Origin: OCS155 cluster bacterium AG-426-D23 | Lineage (GTDB): Bacteria; Actinomycetota; Acidimicrobiia; Actinomarinales; Actinomarinaceae | Length of the DNA: 64,000 nucleotides | NCBI GenBank assembly: GCA_003213165.1 | Contig: QCNO01000003.1 | Location: forward strand, 21,009 to 85,008 | Direction: 5' to 3' | In this document: one piece after another, positions 10,908 to 22,592 of the stretch | Layout: each line of letters opens with the position of its first letter | How positions within the stretch are numbered: position 1 is the stretch's first letter | Notes under the pieces: generated by a model | What the model saw: only the letters and a program-made list of their open reading frames with translations | Databases searched by the model: none | Told to the model about the DNA's origin: nothing | Program-made: the position numbers and the translations under genes

Positions 10908-13900
10908 TTACTCGTCTTCTTCCTCTTTTTCTTCACCTAACATAGCTAACCATTGCGCAGGATTTGGCAAAGCATCTTCTTCAGATTCTGCTGTAGTTGA
11001 TGCCATAAACCCTAACTCTGAAACTTCAGGAGCATCTGGTAAAGATGGTGTATAAGATTGATATGCGTCTGACCCAGTACCAGCTGGAATCAAAGTACCA
11101 ATAATAACATTCTCTTTCAAGCCACTTAAAGAATCATTACTTCTTTTCATTGCTGCTTCAGTTAGTACTCTTGTAGTTTCTTGGAAAGAGGCTGCAGATA
11201 ACCATGAATCTGTTGCAAGGCTAGCTTTTGTGATACCCATAAGTTCTGGTCTTCCCTCTGCAGGAACTTTTCCGTCTTTGACTAATTCTTGATTAGTCTT
11301 TCTAAACAATGTTGCATCAACAAGTTCATTTGGTAAGAAATCAGAATTGTTTGATTTAACAATTCTTACTCTTCTTAACATTTGTCGAACAATCATTTCA
11401 ACATGCTTGTCATGAACTTCAACTCCTTGGTCTCTATAAGTTTTTTGAACTTCATCAACCAAATATTCTTGACAAGTTTTTACACCATTTATTTGTAAAA
11501 CTTCTTTAGGATCTTTAGGTCCAGTAGTTAAGGACTGTCCAGCATCGACACTATCTCCTTGATTAATTAAAATAGTTTGTCTTCTTAGAACCAACAATTC
11601 TACTTCTTCTTTGTCATTTGCTATTAGAACGTTCTTGTTACCCTCAGGAGTAGTTTCAACAGATTTAACTTTTCCATTTATTGGTGATAGTACAGCCTTT
11701 CCTTTTGGAGTTCTTGCTTCAAAAAGCTCAACTATTCTTGGAAGACCAGATGTTATATCTAATCCAACAACACCTCCAGTATGAAAAGTTCTCATTGTTA
11801 ATTGTGTTCCTGGTTCACCAATAGATTGTGCGGATATTATTCCAACTGCTTCCCCGACCTCAACTGGTTTTCCTGTAGCTAAACTAAATCCATAACAAAG
11901 TGGATCCATAGACTCAGGGTGTAATGAATTAAATGGTGTTAGGACATTAACGCTTTCTACACCTGATTTTCCTATTGCATCTAAAACTTCTGCATCTATA
12001 AAGGTTCCTTTAGATAATTTTTTACCATCATCAAGCTCTACAATTTTTTTACTAACTTTTACATCTTCTGCAAGAACCCTGCCATACAATGTAGAATGCA
12101 AGTAACGACTAACTTTTCCATCATGTATAACTTTCTTTTTAGTGCCTCTCCAATCAATATTTTCATCGCCCAAATCTTTTACAACTATTCCAGCCGCAAC
12201 ATCAACAAGTCTTCTTGTAAGATATCCTGAGTCTGCAGTTCTTAAAGCAGTGTCTGCAAGACCTTTTCTAGCACCGTGAGTAGAAATGAAATACTCAAGA
12301 ACTGACATTCCTTCTCTGAAATTACTTTTAATAGGTCTTTCAATAATGTCACCTTTTGGATTTGCGACAAGGCCTCTCATACCAGCTAACTGCCTGACTT
12401 GCATCATGTTTCCACGAGCACCTGACTTTACCATCATATCAACAGGATTAAATATTTCAGATTCCAGTTCGGCACTCATTGCGTATTGCACTTGGTCCGT
12501 TGCCTCATTCCAAATTTCAATTATCTTTTGTTTTCTCTCGGTTTCAGTAATAATGTCATCTTTAAAAAGTTTTTCAACTTTTTCTGCTTCAATTTCATAC
12601 TTTTCTAAAATTTGATTTTTGTTTGGTGGTGTTTTTACGTCATTCATTGCAACCGTAAGTCCTGCCTTTGCACCATATTTAAACCCAACTGATTTCATTG
12701 AGTCAAGGAATATTCTCAGTTCAGCTTTATTGTATCTTTGTATGACTTCGGAAATAATTTTTTTCATTTCCGGTTTCCTTACAGATGCTTGTACATATGG
12801 AAAGTCCTTAGGAAGTATTGAGTTAAAGTGCATTCTTCCTAATGTTGTTTGAATTAATTTTGATCCGTCAACTGGTTCATCAGTAATTAATTCTGAAAAC
12901 CTTCCTTTTAACTCACTGTGCATTTCAGGACTACCAGCTAAATCACCAACACGAACATTAATTGGCGTTTGGAGTCCAATATGACTACTTTCATAAGCTA
13001 TTTGAGCTTCATTAAAATCAACAAAATTTAAGTTTGCAGACTCTAGCTCATCATGACATTCAGTTATGTAATATAATCCAATTACCATGTCTTGACTTGG
13101 TGAGACAATTGGGTTTCCGGAAGCTGGTGATAATACATTGTTTGTTGAAAGCATTAAAACCCTTGCTTCAGCTTGAGCTTCTGCAGAAAGTGGGACGTGG
13201 ACTGCCATTTGATCACCATCAAAATCAGCATTAAATGCCTCACAGACTAATGGATGTACTTGAATTGCTTTTCCTTCAACTAATATTGGCTCAAATGCCT
13301 GAATACCTAATCTGTGTAAAGTTGGAGCTCTATTAAGTAAGACGGGGTGTTCTTCGATTACTTCGGCCAAAACATCCCAGACTTGTGCTCTTGATCTTTC
13401 TACCATACGTTTTGCAGATTTAATATTTTGCGCTAAACCAAGTTCAACTAATCTTTTCATTACAAATGGTTTAAAAAGTTCTAAAGCCATCATTTTAGGT
13501 AAACCACATTGTTGCAATTCAAGATGTGGGCCAACAACAATTACAGATCTAGCAGAGTAATCAACTCTTTTTCCTAAAAGATTCTGACGGAATCTACCTT
13601 GCTTTCCTTTTAACATATCCGAAAGTGATTTTAGACCTCTTCCTCCAGCACCTGCGACTGCTCTTCCCCTTCTTCCATTATCAAAGAGTGCATCGACAGA
13701 CTCTTGTAACATTCTTTTTTCATTGCTGATAATTATTTCTGGAGCACCAAGTTCAATAAGTTTTTTGAGTCTGTTGTTTCTATTAATCAATCTTCTGTAT
13801 AAGTCATTTAAATCTGAAGTTGCAAATCTTCCACCATCGAGTTGAACCATTGGTCTAAGCTCTGGGGGGATCACAGGTATGACTTCAAGTATCATTGCCT

Positions 13901-14822
13901 CGGGAGGATTTTTTCCATCAGCAAATGGCTTAATGACTTTCATTCTTTGTATTGCACGCTGTCTTCTTTGTGCAGACTTTGATTCTAAATCATTCTCAAG
14001 CTTTTCCATTTCGGCTTTTAAATCTACTAATTGTACAAGTTCTCTTACGGCTTCAGCTCCCATCCCACCTGTAAAATATTCGTCATACTTGTCAATCATC
14101 TCTCGCCATAATGTATCATTCTCTATTAAAGTTTTCGGCTTTAATGTTTTCAAGGTTGAAAATGCCTGTTCAATAACTGTAATTTCAGCGTCAGACTTAG
14201 CTTTCTTTTGCTTTATTTCTTTTTCAACTTCTTTTTTTCTAATTAGAATTTCTGGTTCAGGAATTTTGGCATTTTCCATAGCTTTAATTTCTGTATCCAT
14301 TTGTTTAATTCTTTTTTGTTCCCATTCTTCAAAATCTTCATTGACGATTTCAACTTCTGCAACAACTGCTTCTTCAAGTTCTGCTAAATCCTTAGTTCTC
14401 TTTTTTGAATCAATAGAAACTACCAAGTAAGCTGCAAAATAAATTACTTTTTCTAATTCTTTGGGAGACATATCCAAAAAATAACCTAGGCGACTTGGTA
14501 CACCTTTGAAATACCAAATATGAGTGACAGGGGCTGCTAATTCTATATGCCCCATTCTTTCACGCCTTACTTCTCTTCTTGTGACCTCAACTCCGCATCG
14601 CTCGCAAACGATACCTCTATATCTAATTCTTTTGTACCTACCACATGAACATTCCCAATCTTTTGTTGGTCCGAATATTCTTTCATCAAAGAGTCCATCT
14701 TTTTCAGGCTTAAGAGTTCTATAATTTATTGTTTCTGGCTTCTTTACTTCTCCAAAAGACCAGCTCCTCATCTGATCTGATGTAGCGAGACTAATACTTA
14801 GTTCATCAAATATTTTTTCCAT
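10908..14822 (-). CDS. rpoC: DNA-directed RNA polymerase subunit beta-prime
   Basis: 1304-aa ORF with the [12 protein letters not shown] catalytic motif and the zinc-binding [21 protein letters not shown] lineage-specific coiled-coil insertion lies after ~aa 135. Confidence 0.98.
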   Translation of the reverse strand: MEKIFDELSISLATSDQMRSWSFGEVKKPETINYRTLKPEKDGLFDERIFGPTKDWECSCGRYKRIRYRGIVCERCGVEVTRREVRRERMGHIELAAPVTHIWYFKGVPSRLGYFLDMSPKELEKVIYFAAYLVVSIDSKKRTKDLAELEEAVVAEVEIVNEDFEEWEQKRIKQMDTEIKAMENAKIPEPEILIRKKEVEKEIKQKKAKSDAEITVIEQAFSTLKTLKPKTLIENDTLWREMIDKYDEYFTGGMGAEAVRELVQLVDLKAEMEKLENDLESKSAQRRQRAIQRMKVIKPFADGKNPPEAMILEVIPVIPPELRPMVQLDGGRFATSDLNDLYRRLINRNNRLKKLIELGAPEIIISNEKRMLQESVDALFDNGRRGRAVAGAGGRGLKSLSDMLKGKQGRFRQNLLGKRVDYSARSVIVVGPHLELQQCGLPKMMALELFKPFVMKRLVELGLAQNIKSAKRMVERSRAQVWDVLAEVIEEHPVLLNRAPTLHRLGIQAFEPILVEGKAIQVHPLVCEAFNADFDGDQMAVHVPLSAEAQAEARVLMLSTNNVLSPASGNPIVSPSQDMVIGLYYITECHDELESANLNFVDFNEAQIAYESSHIGLQTPINVRVGDLAGSPEMHSELKGRFSELITDEPVDGSKLIQTTLGRMHFNSILPKDFPYVQASVRKPEMKKIISEVIQRYNKAELRIFLDSMKSVGFKYGAKAGLTVAMNDVKTPPNKNQILEKYEIEAEKVEKLFKDDIITETERKQKIIEIWNEATDQVQYAMSAELESEIFNPVDMMVKSGARGNMMQVRQLAGMRGLVANPKGDIIERPIKSNFREGMSVLEYFISTHGARKGLADTALRTADSGYLTRRLVDVAAGIVVKDLGDENIDWRGTKKKVIHDGKVSRYLHSTLYGRVLAEDVKVSKKIVELDDGKKLSKGTFIDAEVLDAIGKSGVESVNVLTPFNSLHPESMDPLCYGFSLATGKPVEVGEAVGIISAQSIGEPGTQLTMRTFHTGGVVGLDITSGLPRIVELFEARTPKGKAVLSPINGKVKSVETTPEGNKNVLIANDKEEVELLVLRRQTILINQGDSVDAGQSLTTGPKDPKEVLQINGVKTCQEYLVDEVQKTYRDQGVEVHDKHVEMIVRQMLRRVRIVKSNNSDFLPNELVDATLFRKTNQELVKDGKVPAEGRPELMGITKASLATDSWLSAASFQETTRVLTEAAMKRSNDSLSGLKENVIIGTLIPAGTGSDAYQSYTPSLPDAPEVSELGFMASTTAESEEDALPNPAQWLAMLGEEKEEEDE

Positions 14823-14825
14823 ATC

Positions 14826-17800
14826 TTATACCTCGGCCTCGTCTTGTTCTGGTCTTGTCATGTCAATTCCTAGTGTTTCCGCTGTTTTCACATATTCATC
14901 ACTTATGTCTTTCATTGAAATTTCTTCTCCAGCAGATAGAATTTCTACATTTAAGCAGAGGCTTTGCATTTCTTTAAGGAGAACTTTAAATGATTCAGGA
15001 ATTCCAGGTTCTGGTATATTGTCACCTTTAACAATTGACTCATAAACTTTTACTCTTCCTACAGTGTCATCGGATTTGATTGTTAAAAGTTCCTGTAATG
15101 CATAGCTTGCACCATAAGCTTCTAAAGCCCATACTTCCATCTCACCAAATCTTTGACCGCCAAACTGTGCTTTACCTCCAAGTGGCTGTTGGGTAATCAT
15201 GGAATAAGGTCCAGTAGATCTTGCATGAATTTTTTCATCAACCAAATGAATAAGTTTTAATATATATGTGTACCCAACAGTTATTTTAGAATCAAAAGCT
15301 TCTCCTGTTCTACCGTCATACAAAGTCGCTTTACCATCTTCATCAACAAGCAGGTTGCCATCTCTATTAGGATTAACATTTTTTAGAATTTCATGAATTT
15401 CATCTTCATCGGCACCATCAAAAACAGGGGTTGAAATTAAAGTTCCAGGTTTTGCACCCTTAGCAGCTTTTGTACCACCTTTATATTCATTCCACCCTTG
15501 ATCTGCAGCCCAACCAAGATGGGTTTCTAATATTTGTCCAAGATTCATTCGACTAGGAACACCTAAAGGAGATAGCATTATATCAAGTGGTCTACCATCT
15601 TCCATATAAGGCATGTCTTCAACAGGTAAAATTTTTGAAATTACTCCCTTGTTACCATGTCTTCCAGATAGCTTATCGCCAACTTGTATTTTTCTTTGTA
15701 TTGCAACATAAACTCTTACTTTTTGATTAACACCAGGAGGTAAATCCGCACCATCATCTCTTCTTAAGATTTGTACGTCAATTACTTTTCCTCTTTCTCC
15801 ATGAGGAACTCTTAACGAGGTATCTCGAACTTCTCTTGCTTTTTCTCCAAATATCGCTCTCAAAAGTCTCTCTTCAGGAGTTAGTTCTGTTTCACCTTTT
15901 GGAGTTACTTTTCCAACTAAATAGTCTCCAGGTGATACTTCAGCACCGATTCTCACGATACCCATTTCATCTAGATCCATCAGGACCTCTTCTGCAACAT
16001 TTGGAATATCTCTCGTTATCTCTTCTTCACCTAATTTTGTATCTCTAGCTTCAATTTCATGTTCAGCTATATGAACAGATGTGAGGACATCTTCCTTTAC
16101 AAGTCTTTCAGAAATTACAATAGAATCCTCGAAATTATAACCATCCCACGGCATGTATCCAACGAGCAAGTTTTTTCCTAGTGCTAGCTCTCCACCTTGG
16201 GTGCTCGGACCATCAGCTAAAACATCGCCAGGCTTTACTTTTGTACCAACTTTAACTAGAGGTTTTTGATTCCAGCTAGTTGCTTGATTTGAACGTTTAA
16301 ATTTGAGAACTTGAAATCTAAATTTTTTATTTGTGCCATCTTCTTTGACCGTGATTTCATCACCTGTGACTTCCTCAACTACTCCTGAAATGTCTGAAAT
16401 TAATGCTTCACCAGAATCTCTAGCAACATTTTCTTCCATACCAGTTCCAACATAAGGAGCTTCAGTTTTTACAAGGGGGACTGCCTGTCGTTGCATGTTT
16501 GAGCCCATTAAAGCTCTGTTTGCGTCATCGTGCTCAAGGAAAGGAATTAATGCAGTTGTGACTGAACAGATTTGTTTTGGACTAACATCCATGTAATCTA
16601 TGTCTTTATCTGACACAAAAGCAACTGATCCTCCATCTTGTCTTGCAAGAACTCTCTTATTTTGAAAAGTTCCGTCCTCATTTAATGGTGCATTTGCCTG
16701 AGCTATGGTGTAAATGTCTTCTTGGGCAGCAGTGAGATATACAGCTCTACTAGTTTTAACAACACCATTTTCAACCTTCCAATAAGGTGTTTCAATAAAA
16801 CCAAATTTGTTAACTCTTCCATAAGTTGCCAGCGTACCGATAAGACCAATGTTTGGACCTTCGGGTGTCTCGATAGGGCACATTCTTCCATAGTGAGATG
16901 GATGAACATCACGAACTTCGAACCCAGCTCTTTCTCGAGAAAGACCACCTGGTCCAAGTGCAGATAGTCTTCTTCTGTGAGTAAGTCCAGCGATAGGGTT
17001 CGGTTGATCCATAAATTGACTCAACTGACTTGTGCCAAAAAATTCTTTTAAGGAAGCTTGTATAGGCCTGATGTTTATTAATGATTGTGGAGTGATTGCC
17101 TCAGGTTCTTGGGTGGTCATTCTTTCTCTAACAACTCTTTCCAACCTGCTTAGACCAACACGTACTTGATTTTGAACTAATTCGCCAACAGTTCTAATTC
17201 TTCTATTTCCGAAATGATCAATATCATCCAATTTTACTGGAATTTCTTTTCCTAAATTGTTTATAAAGCTTTTCTCACCTGCGTGCAAAGCAATTACGTA
17301 TTTGATTGAATCAATCATGTCTTCTATTCTCAACATTCCATCATCTTCTGTTGAGTAAGTTTCAGCATCTTTTTCACCGTATTTACGCCCAAGTTTTTGC
17401 TCAACTTTGTATCTTCCAACTTTTGTTAAGTCATACCTCTTTGGAGTGTAAAACATCTGCTTTACAAGATTTCTTGCTGATTCAACTGAAGCAGGTTCTC
17501 CTGGGCGAAGTTTTCTGTATAAATCAATGAGTGCAGCTTCCCTGGTAGTATCAGGATCTCTTTCTATTGTATTATGAACTGATGGGTAGTCTCCAAGAAG
17601 CTCTATAGCATCTTCCTTGTTTTCAATTACATCAAGCGCCATTAAAAAACCTGTAATGTGCTGTCTTCTTTTCCTATCTACTCTTACGCCTAAAGTATCT
17701 CTTTTGTCTGTATCAAATTCAAGCCATGCACCTCTTCCAGGAATCATTTTTCCTATGAAAACTTCTTTGTCCGAAGTCTTATCAATCTCTTGAGAGAAAT

Positions 17801-18242
17801 ACACTCCGGGAGACCTAACTAGCTGGCTTACGATGACTCTTTCAGTTCCATTTATTACAAATGTTCCTGTATCAGTCATGATGGGAAAATCACCCAAAAA
17901 AACTGTCTGCTGTTTTATTTGACCCGTTTCTCTGTCAAGAAATTGAGCTGTTACATATAAAGGCTGTGAATAAGTGGAGTCTGTTACTCTACAATCTTCA
18001 AGAGTTTTTAATGGTTCTTCAAAATAATGATTTAAAAACTCTAATGAAAATCTCCCAGAAAAGTCTTCAATAGGTGAAATTTCTTCAAGTATTTCTTTTA
18101 GACCTTCTTCAATAAACCACTTGAAGGAATCTTTTTGTATAATTAATAAATCTGGAATATCTAGAACTTTTGGAATTTTTGCAAATGAAAGTCTAGAATT
18201 CTGAACAGCGGACAACAAGCCTCCTAAAAAAATTAATAACAA
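14826..18242 (-). CDS. rpoB: DNA-directed RNA polymerase subunit beta
   Basis: ~1130-aa ORF with full-length RpoB similarity (...RLSFAKIP... N-terminus). All candidate starts are TTG. An AGGAGG at 18220-18225 suggests the real start is the TTG at 18215-18218 rather than 18242. Confidence 0.97.
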   Translation of the reverse strand: MLLIFLGGLLSAVQNSRLSFAKIPKVLDIPDLLIIQKDSFKWFIEEGLKEILEEISPIEDFSGRFSLEFLNHYFEEPLKTLEDCRVTDSTYSQPLYVTAQFLDRETGQIKQQTVFLGDFPIMTDTGTFVINGTERVIVSQLVRSPGVYFSQEIDKTSDKEVFIGKMIPGRGAWLEFDTDKRDTLGVRVDRKRRQHITGFLMALDVIENKEDAIELLGDYPSVHNTIERDPDTTREAALIDLYRKLRPGEPASVESARNLVKQMFYTPKRYDLTKVGRYKVEQKLGRKYGEKDAETYSTEDDGMLRIEDMIDSIKYVIALHAGEKSFINNLGKEIPVKLDDIDHFGNRRIRTVGELVQNQVRVGLSRLERVVRERMTTQEPEAITPQSLINIRPIQASLKEFFGTSQLSQFMDQPNPIAGLTHRRRLSALGPGGLSRERAGFEVRDVHPSHYGRMCPIETPEGPNIGLIGTLATYGRVNKFGFIETPYWKVENGVVKTSRAVYLTAAQEDIYTIAQANAPLNEDGTFQNKRVLARQDGGSVAFVSDKDIDYMDVSPKQICSVTTALIPFLEHDDANRALMGSNMQRQAVPLVKTEAPYVGTGMEENVARDSGEALISDISGVVEEVTGDEITVKEDGTNKKFRFQVLKFKRSNQATSWNQKPLVKVGTKVKPGDVLADGPSTQGGELALGKNLLVGYMPWDGYNFEDSIVISERLVKEDVLTSVHIAEHEIEARDTKLGEEEITRDIPNVAEEVLMDLDEMGIVRIGAEVSPGDYLVGKVTPKGETELTPEERLLRAIFGEKAREVRDTSLRVPHGERGKVIDVQILRRDDGADLPPGVNQKVRVYVAIQRKIQVGDKLSGRHGNKGVISKILPVEDMPYMEDGRPLDIMLSPLGVPSRMNLGQILETHLGWAADQGWNEYKGGTKAAKGAKPGTLISTPVFDGADEDEIHEILKNVNPNRDGNLLVDEDGKATLYDGRTGEAFDSKITVGYTYILKLIHLVDEKIHARSTGPYSMITQQPLGGKAQFGGQRFGEMEVWALEAYGASYALQELLTIKSDDTVGRVKVYESIVKGDNIPEPGIPESFKVLLKEMQSLCLNVEILSAGEEISMKDISDEYVKTAETLGIDMTRPEQDEAEV

Positions 18243-18301
18243 CTACCCGAAAGATAGAGTATATTAGTACTTATTATTTAAGCAAACAAATAATAATAAA
18301 A

Positions 18302-18688
18302 TTATTTCAATTCTACAGTTGCGCCAGCACCTTCTAAGGCTTCTTTAGCTTTTTCAGCATCTTCTTTAGAAGCACCAGAAAGTATATCTGAAGGAGCGTT
18401 ATCAACAAGTTCTTTGGCTTCTTTTAGTCCTAAACTAGTTAAACCTCTAACTTCTTTGATAACTTGTATTTTTTGTGATCCTGCATCTGCAAGAACAACA
18501 TCAAAAGAATCCTTTTCTTCTCCTGCTCCTGCGTCATCTCCTCCACCTGCTGGTGCAGCAGCAACAGCGACAGGGGCTGCAGCAGTAACATCAAACTTTT
18601 CTTCAAAAGCGTCTAAGAATTCTTTTAATTCTAATACTGTCATCTCCTCAAATACGCCAAGCAACTCATCAGTTGTCATTTTAGCCAT
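18302..18688 (-). CDS. rplL: 50S ribosomal protein L7/L12
   Basis: 128-aa ORF with an Ala/Gly/acidic hinge and C-terminal ...[10 protein letters not shown]...GATVELK. Confidence 0.96.
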   Translation of the reverse strand: MAKMTTDELLGVFEEMTVLELKEFLDAFEEKFDVTAAAPVAVAAAPAGGGDDAGAGEEKDSFDVVLADAGSQKIQVIKEVRGLTSLGLKEAKELVDNAPSDILSGASKEDAEKAKEALEGAGATVELK

Positions 18689-18691
18689 TTG

Positions 18692-19285
18692 TTATTCCTC
18701 CTCATTTTTAACTTCTTCAGAAATTGCAACATCCTCATCAGAAGAGGCAATTTCAGAAACTTTGTCCATCGATGCTTTTTTATCGACCAATGCGCTCAAA
18801 GCATAAGATGCTTTATTGATAATAGCTTTTGTACCCGCAGCTACTTTTACTAGAGGAGCATTGAATCCTCCAGCAATTTTGGCAAGAAGTACATCTCTAG
18901 GTTCAATATTCGCAAGCACATTAATTTGTTCAACAGTTAAAGGTTCTGAATTCATAAGTCCACCTTTAACAACAAAGGCATCATTTTCTTTTGAAAAATC
19001 TTTTAATACTTTTGCAGCTTCCACAGGATCAGAATCAATAATTGTGACACCAGTAGGTCCTGCAAAATAATCTGATAGTGAATTTAGTCCAATATTTTCA
19101 GCTGCTCTTTTAGCAAGAGACATCTTCACTACATTAAAAGATGCACCTGCATTTTTTAAAGATCTTCTTAACTTAGTTTGTTGAGATACAGTAAGACCTC
19201 TATATTCTGCTAATACCAAAGCGTTTGCAGACCTAAATAATTCTTCTAAGTCTTTTACTGCTTGAACTTTATCTTCTCTTACCAT
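18692..19285 (-). CDS. rplJ: 50S ribosomal protein L10 (acidic C-terminal tail)
   Basis: 197-aa ORF upstream of rplL with an L10-like N-terminal domain (...ALVLAEYRGLTV...). Confidence 0.93.
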   Translation of the reverse strand: MVREDKVQAVKDLEELFRSANALVLAEYRGLTVSQQTKLRRSLKNAGASFNVVKMSLAKRAAENIGLNSLSDYFAGPTGVTIIDSDPVEAAKVLKDFSKENDAFVVKGGLMNSEPLTVEQINVLANIEPRDVLLAKIAGGFNAPLVKVAAGTKAIINKASYALSALVDKKASMDKVSEIASSDEDVAISEEVKNEEE

Positions 19286-19416
19286 AAAAAAAATCCTTGC
19301 ATACCAAGGACCATAATCACTTTACCTGCGTTAGATTTACAAATAATGACTAACGGTCTTTGGTTTTAATTGTCTTTTAACAATATAAACGTCTTTTAGT
19401 TTTAAATACAAATAAA
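19286..19416 (-). promoter_or_regulatory. rplJ leader with Shine-Dalgarno-sequestering hairpin (possible L10/L12 autoregulatory site)
   Basis: 131-nt untranslated gap. The minus strand ends ...GGTCCTTG-GTATG-CAAGGATTTTTTTT-ATG. The hairpin (19294-19310) contains the AAGGA ribosome-binding site and is followed by a U-run. Confidence 0.3.
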
Positions 19417-20103
19417 TTACAAATTTATATCAACTGGTATTGATGGTCCCATAGTTGATGAGATGTATACACTTTTTATATACTCACCCTTTGAAGAAGC
19501 TGGTTTAGATTTTAGGACTTCTGCAATAACTTCATCAAAGTTTTGTAAAAGACTATCTGAATCAAATGAAACTTTACCTATGGACATTTGTAAATTACCA
19601 AATTTATCATTTTTAATTTCTATCTTTCCTTTTTTAAAGTCTTCAACAGCTTTTGAAACATTAGGGGTTACTGTACCAGTTTTTGGATTAGGCATGAGAC
19701 CCTTAGGTCCGAGAATTTTTCCTAATTGACCAACTTCAGCCATCATTTCGGGTGTAGAAATGACAATATCAACATCTAACTTCTCTTCTGAAGCAACTTT
19801 TGTAGCCAATTCTTTGCCACCAACTATGTCTGCTCCTGCTTCCTCAGCTTCTGTTAGCGCCTCTCCGCCAGCAAAAACAGCGATTTTTACCTCTTTACCA
19901 GTACCATTCGGCAAGGAAACTGTACTTCTAATATTTTGCTCTGCATCTTTTGGATCAATACCTAATGAAAAAGAAGCGTCAATAGATTCATCAAATTTTG
20001 CTGAGGCAACTTCCTGACAGGTTTTTATAGCTTCTGATTTCGATTGTTTAGTCTCAGATATTTTCTCTTTGGCTTGTGTGTATTTTTTTCCATGTTTTTT
20101 CAT
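19417..20103 (-). CDS. rplA: 50S ribosomal protein L1
   Basis: 228-aa ORF after rplK, L1-like (...GKILGPKGLMPNPKTGTVT...). Confidence 0.96.
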   Translation of the reverse strand: MKKHGKKYTQAKEKISETKQSKSEAIKTCQEVASAKFDESIDASFSLGIDPKDAEQNIRSTVSLPNGTGKEVKIAVFAGGEALTEAEEAGADIVGGKELATKVASEEKLDVDIVISTPEMMAEVGQLGKILGPKGLMPNPKTGTVTPNVSKAVEDFKKGKIEIKNDKFGNLQMSIGKVSFDSDSLLQNFDEVIAEVLKSKPASSKGEYIKSVYISSTMGPSIPVDINL

Positions 20104-20153
20104 TTATACTCCTTTGGTTCGAGCGATTTTAATCTCCCAAATATAACTAGTCT

Positions 20154-20579
20154 TTAATTTTCTACAGTCACTCCCATTGATCTGGCAGTTCCTGCAATAA
20201 TATTGATAGCCGCGTCAATATCATTTGCATTCAAATCTTCCATTTTTGCTTCAGCAATATTTTTTAGTTGATCCCTAGTTATTGAGGCGACTTTTTCTTT
20301 ATGCGGTTCTGGAGATCCTGATTCTAAACCTATTGCCTTTTTAATTAAATATGAAGCTGGAGCAGTTTTTGTAACAAAAGTGAATGAATTATCCTCATAT
20401 ATTGTTATTTCTACTGGTACGGTTTCTCCCTGTCTGCTCGCAGTATCATTATTAAATGCTTGAACAAAATCCATGATGTTCACACCATATTGACCTAATG
20501 CTGAACCAACTGGTGGTGCCGGTGTAGCTCCTCCTCCAGGTATTTGTAATTTAAGTAATGCTTTAATTGGTTTTGACAT
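20154..20579 (-). CDS. rplK: 50S ribosomal protein L11
   Basis: 141-aa ORF with ...[26 protein letters not shown]..., the L11 signature. Confidence 0.97.
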   Translation of the reverse strand: MSKPIKALLKLQIPGGGATPAPPVGSALGQYGVNIMDFVQAFNNDTASRQGETVPVEITIYEDNSFTFVTKTAPASYLIKKAIGLESGSPEPHKEKVASITRDQLKNIAEAKMEDLNANDIDAAINIIAGTARSMGVTVEN

Positions 20580-20588
20580 TTATATCCC

Positions 20589-21209
20589 TTAATTTTTAAC
20601 TATATCTGTAAAGCCAAGCTCTACAGGAGTTTCTCGCCCAAATATATTAACTAAAACTGTAACTTTTGATTGGTCTAAATTAATTTCCTCAATGATTCCA
20701 TTGAAGTCAGCAAAAGGGCCTGTTGTAACTCTTACTGTTTCTCCAATTTCAAAATCTGGTTTGAATTTTGGAGACTCTTTTTTAACTTCAACCTCTTCAT
20801 TTGTTCCTAAAATTCGTTCAATCTCTCTTTTAGACAGAGGGATAGGTCTTTTTCCAGAACCAACAAATCCAATAATTGAAGGCGTGTTCCTAATTTCGTA
20901 CCAAGTAGTATCGTCAAGATCCATTCTTACTAGGACATATCCTGGAAAAGTCTTTTTTTCCAAATTAACTTTTTTACCATTTCTAATTTCTACAACTTCG
21001 TCAGTTGGTATTACCACATCATATACTTTGTCTTCTAAATGAAGATTTTTAATTCTAGTTAGAATATTTGTTCGAACTTTTTTTTCATGCCCTGACTGTG
21101 CATTTAAAACAAACCATTCACCTGGTAGGTCATATGGATGTGAGGGGAAAGACTCCACTTCATCATTTATTTCAATTGTTTCATCTGTCGTGACTATATC
21201 TTCTACCAT
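20589..21209 (-). CDS. nusG: Transcription termination/antitermination factor NusG (N-terminal extension)
   Basis: 206-aa ORF with NGN domain WFVLNAQSGHEKKV and a C-terminal KOW (GETVRVTTGPFADFNGIIEEI), located between secE and rplK. Confidence 0.94.
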   Translation of the reverse strand: MVEDIVTTDETIEINDEVESFPSHPYDLPGEWFVLNAQSGHEKKVRTNILTRIKNLHLEDKVYDVVIPTDEVVEIRNGKKVNLEKKTFPGYVLVRMDLDDTTWYEIRNTPSIIGFVGSGKRPIPLSKREIERILGTNEEVEVKKESPKFKPDFEIGETVRVTTGPFADFNGIIEEINLDQSKVTVLVNIFGRETPVELGFTDIVKN

Positions 21210-21511
21210 TATGTTCCAAAGGTTAATAGAGTAATCAAAGAATTTTTAAAACTAAAATCCATTCCAAAAATAAATATGGTAAAAAATGCAATTGTGATAA
21301 TTGTTACAAGTGTAAATGAAGTTAATGTAGAACTTGTTGGCCAATTAACCCGTTTTAATTCTGTTCTAACTTCTCCAAGATAATTTGTTACTCTTTTAAA
21401 TCTTGATACTTTTTCTCCAGATTGATATTTGCCAATATTTCTATCAGCTTTTTTTGCCAAACGCTCTTCACGTTCAGACATCCGCCTCATTTCTCTATTC
21501 ATTTCATTCAT
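21209..21511 (-). CDS. secE: Preprotein translocase subunit SecE
   Basis: ...GEVRTELKRVNWPT... followed by a single TM helix. The start is set at the ATG at 21511, because the longer tracked ORF would overlap tRNA-Trp. Confidence 0.85.
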   Translation of the reverse strand: MNEMNREMRRMSEREERLAKKADRNIGKYQSGEKVSRFKRVTNYLGEVRTELKRVNWPTSSTLTSFTLVTIITIAFFTIFIFGMDFSFKNSLITLLTFGT

Positions 21512-21522
21512 AATTACCTTTG

Positions 21523-21596
21523 CAGGGGCGGTGAGACTCGAACTCACAACCTACGGTTTTGGAGACCGTCGCTCTGCCAATTAGAGCTACACCCCT
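21523..21596 (-). tRNA. trpT: tRNA-Trp (CCA anticodon)
   Basis: Hand-folded cloverleaf: acceptor AGGGGTG/CGCCCCT, anticodon stem ACGGT/ACCGT with loop CT-CCA-AA, T arm GTGAG-TTCGAGT-CTCAC. 74 nt; 3' CCA not encoded. Confidence 0.93.
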
Positions 21597-21599
21597 CAG

Positions 21600-21974
21600 T
21601 TATTGCTCCTTGTCTAATTTATTAGAAGAGCGTTTTCTTCCAAATGCAAGAAATATAATTGATAATATTCCGAGCAATGTCAATAATATTATTTTTGTGC
21701 TCTTACTTGTAGTTGTTTTTACTTTTTTATCAAGTGACGACATCACTTTTGAAGCAAAATCTGTTGGAACCTCTACATTTTTTTGTAATTCATTATCTAA
21801 TTCTTCTTTAAAGGCTTTATATCTTTTACCAGATACTTGACATTTTATACATGAAGATGCATGTAAATTGCTATCAAATCCAAAATATTCATTACTTAAG
21901 TATGCTGAAAGCATTTTATTTCTTGTTCTTTTGCATAAAATATTTTTTCTCAAATTATTTAAAATATCTCTCAT
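21600..21974 (-). CDS. Membrane-anchored zinc-binding (ZAS, HxxxCxxC) anti-sigma factor
   Basis: 124-aa ORF whose start overlaps the sigma gene stop by 4 nt. It has the HASSCIKC motif plus an upstream Cys, and one TM helix (IILLTLLGILSIIFLAF). Confidence 0.7.
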   Translation of the reverse strand: MRDILNNLRKNILCKRTRNKMLSAYLSNEYFGFDSNLHASSCIKCQVSGKRYKAFKEELDNELQKNVEVPTDFASKVMSSLDKKVKTTTSKSTKIILLTLLGILSIIFLAFGRKRSSNKLDKEQ

Positions 21975-22555
21975 CTTTCAACTTCCTCTAAAATCTGTCT
22001 TAACTTTTGATGAGCTCTATGAAGTCTGACTTTTGCTGCAGTAACACTTATATCTAAATAATCTGCGATCTCTTTATGGGATCTTCCTTCTATATTTTTA
22101 AGTTCAACAATAATTCTCTGCTCGATTGGAATTTTATCTAATGCGTTGACTAACACAGATGATAAGTCCGAATTTATTGCAACTAATTCAGGATCTTTTT
22201 TTTCATCAATCACGATCGGTTCGTAAGTATCGTCAATATTTAAAGTATTGTGCTTTTTTGCTTTCTTTCTTAAAGTCCATGCAGTATTTACGGTAATTCT
22301 ATAAATCCAAGTACTAAATGTAGAATCACCTCTAAATTTTTCAATAGCTTTCCAAGCTCTAATAAAGGCTTCTTGTGCAACATCATTTGCCATTTCTCTG
22401 TTACCTGTAAGTTTATAAGCAAGAGAGAAAACGAGATCTTGGTGCCTAATCACAAGCTGTTCAAATGCTGCTTTATCTCCAAATTGTGATTTCCTTACCA
22501 ACTCTGCATTTGAAATTTCATCTTTAGAATTGCTTGCTTCTGATATATTACTCAT
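21971..22555 (-). CDS. ECF-type RNA polymerase sigma factor (sigma-70 family group 4)
   Basis: 194-aa ORF with region 2 (DVAQEAFIRAWKAIEKFRGDSTFSTWIYRITVN) and region 4 HTH (SHKEIADYLDISVTAAKVRLHRA). Confidence 0.9.
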   Translation of the reverse strand: MSNISEASNSKDEISNAELVRKSQFGDKAAFEQLVIRHQDLVFSLAYKLTGNREMANDVAQEAFIRAWKAIEKFRGDSTFSTWIYRITVNTAWTLRKKAKKHNTLNIDDTYEPIVIDEKKDPELVAINSDLSSVLVNALDKIPIEQRIIVELKNIEGRSHKEIADYLDISVTAAKVRLHRAHQKLRQILEEVER

Positions 22556-22592
22556 TATCTATTAATAGGATAATTACGAAATCTTAATAAAT

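Noticed and set aside
13879-14430. 183-aa plus-strand ORF, with many similar 60-130-aa plus-strand ORFs across 600-21000 (e.g. 2048-2434, 6950-7255, 18414-18806, 20692-21042)
   Set aside because: All lie antisense to highly conserved ribosomal, EF or RNAP genes. They encode Ser/Phe/Ile-rich low-complexity strings typical of the reverse frame of AT-rich coding sequence.
21512-21547. Longer SecE start (tracked ORF 21209-21547)
   Set aside because: It would overlap the 3' part of tRNA-Trp (21523-21596). An in-frame ATG at 21511 gives a normal-length SecE.
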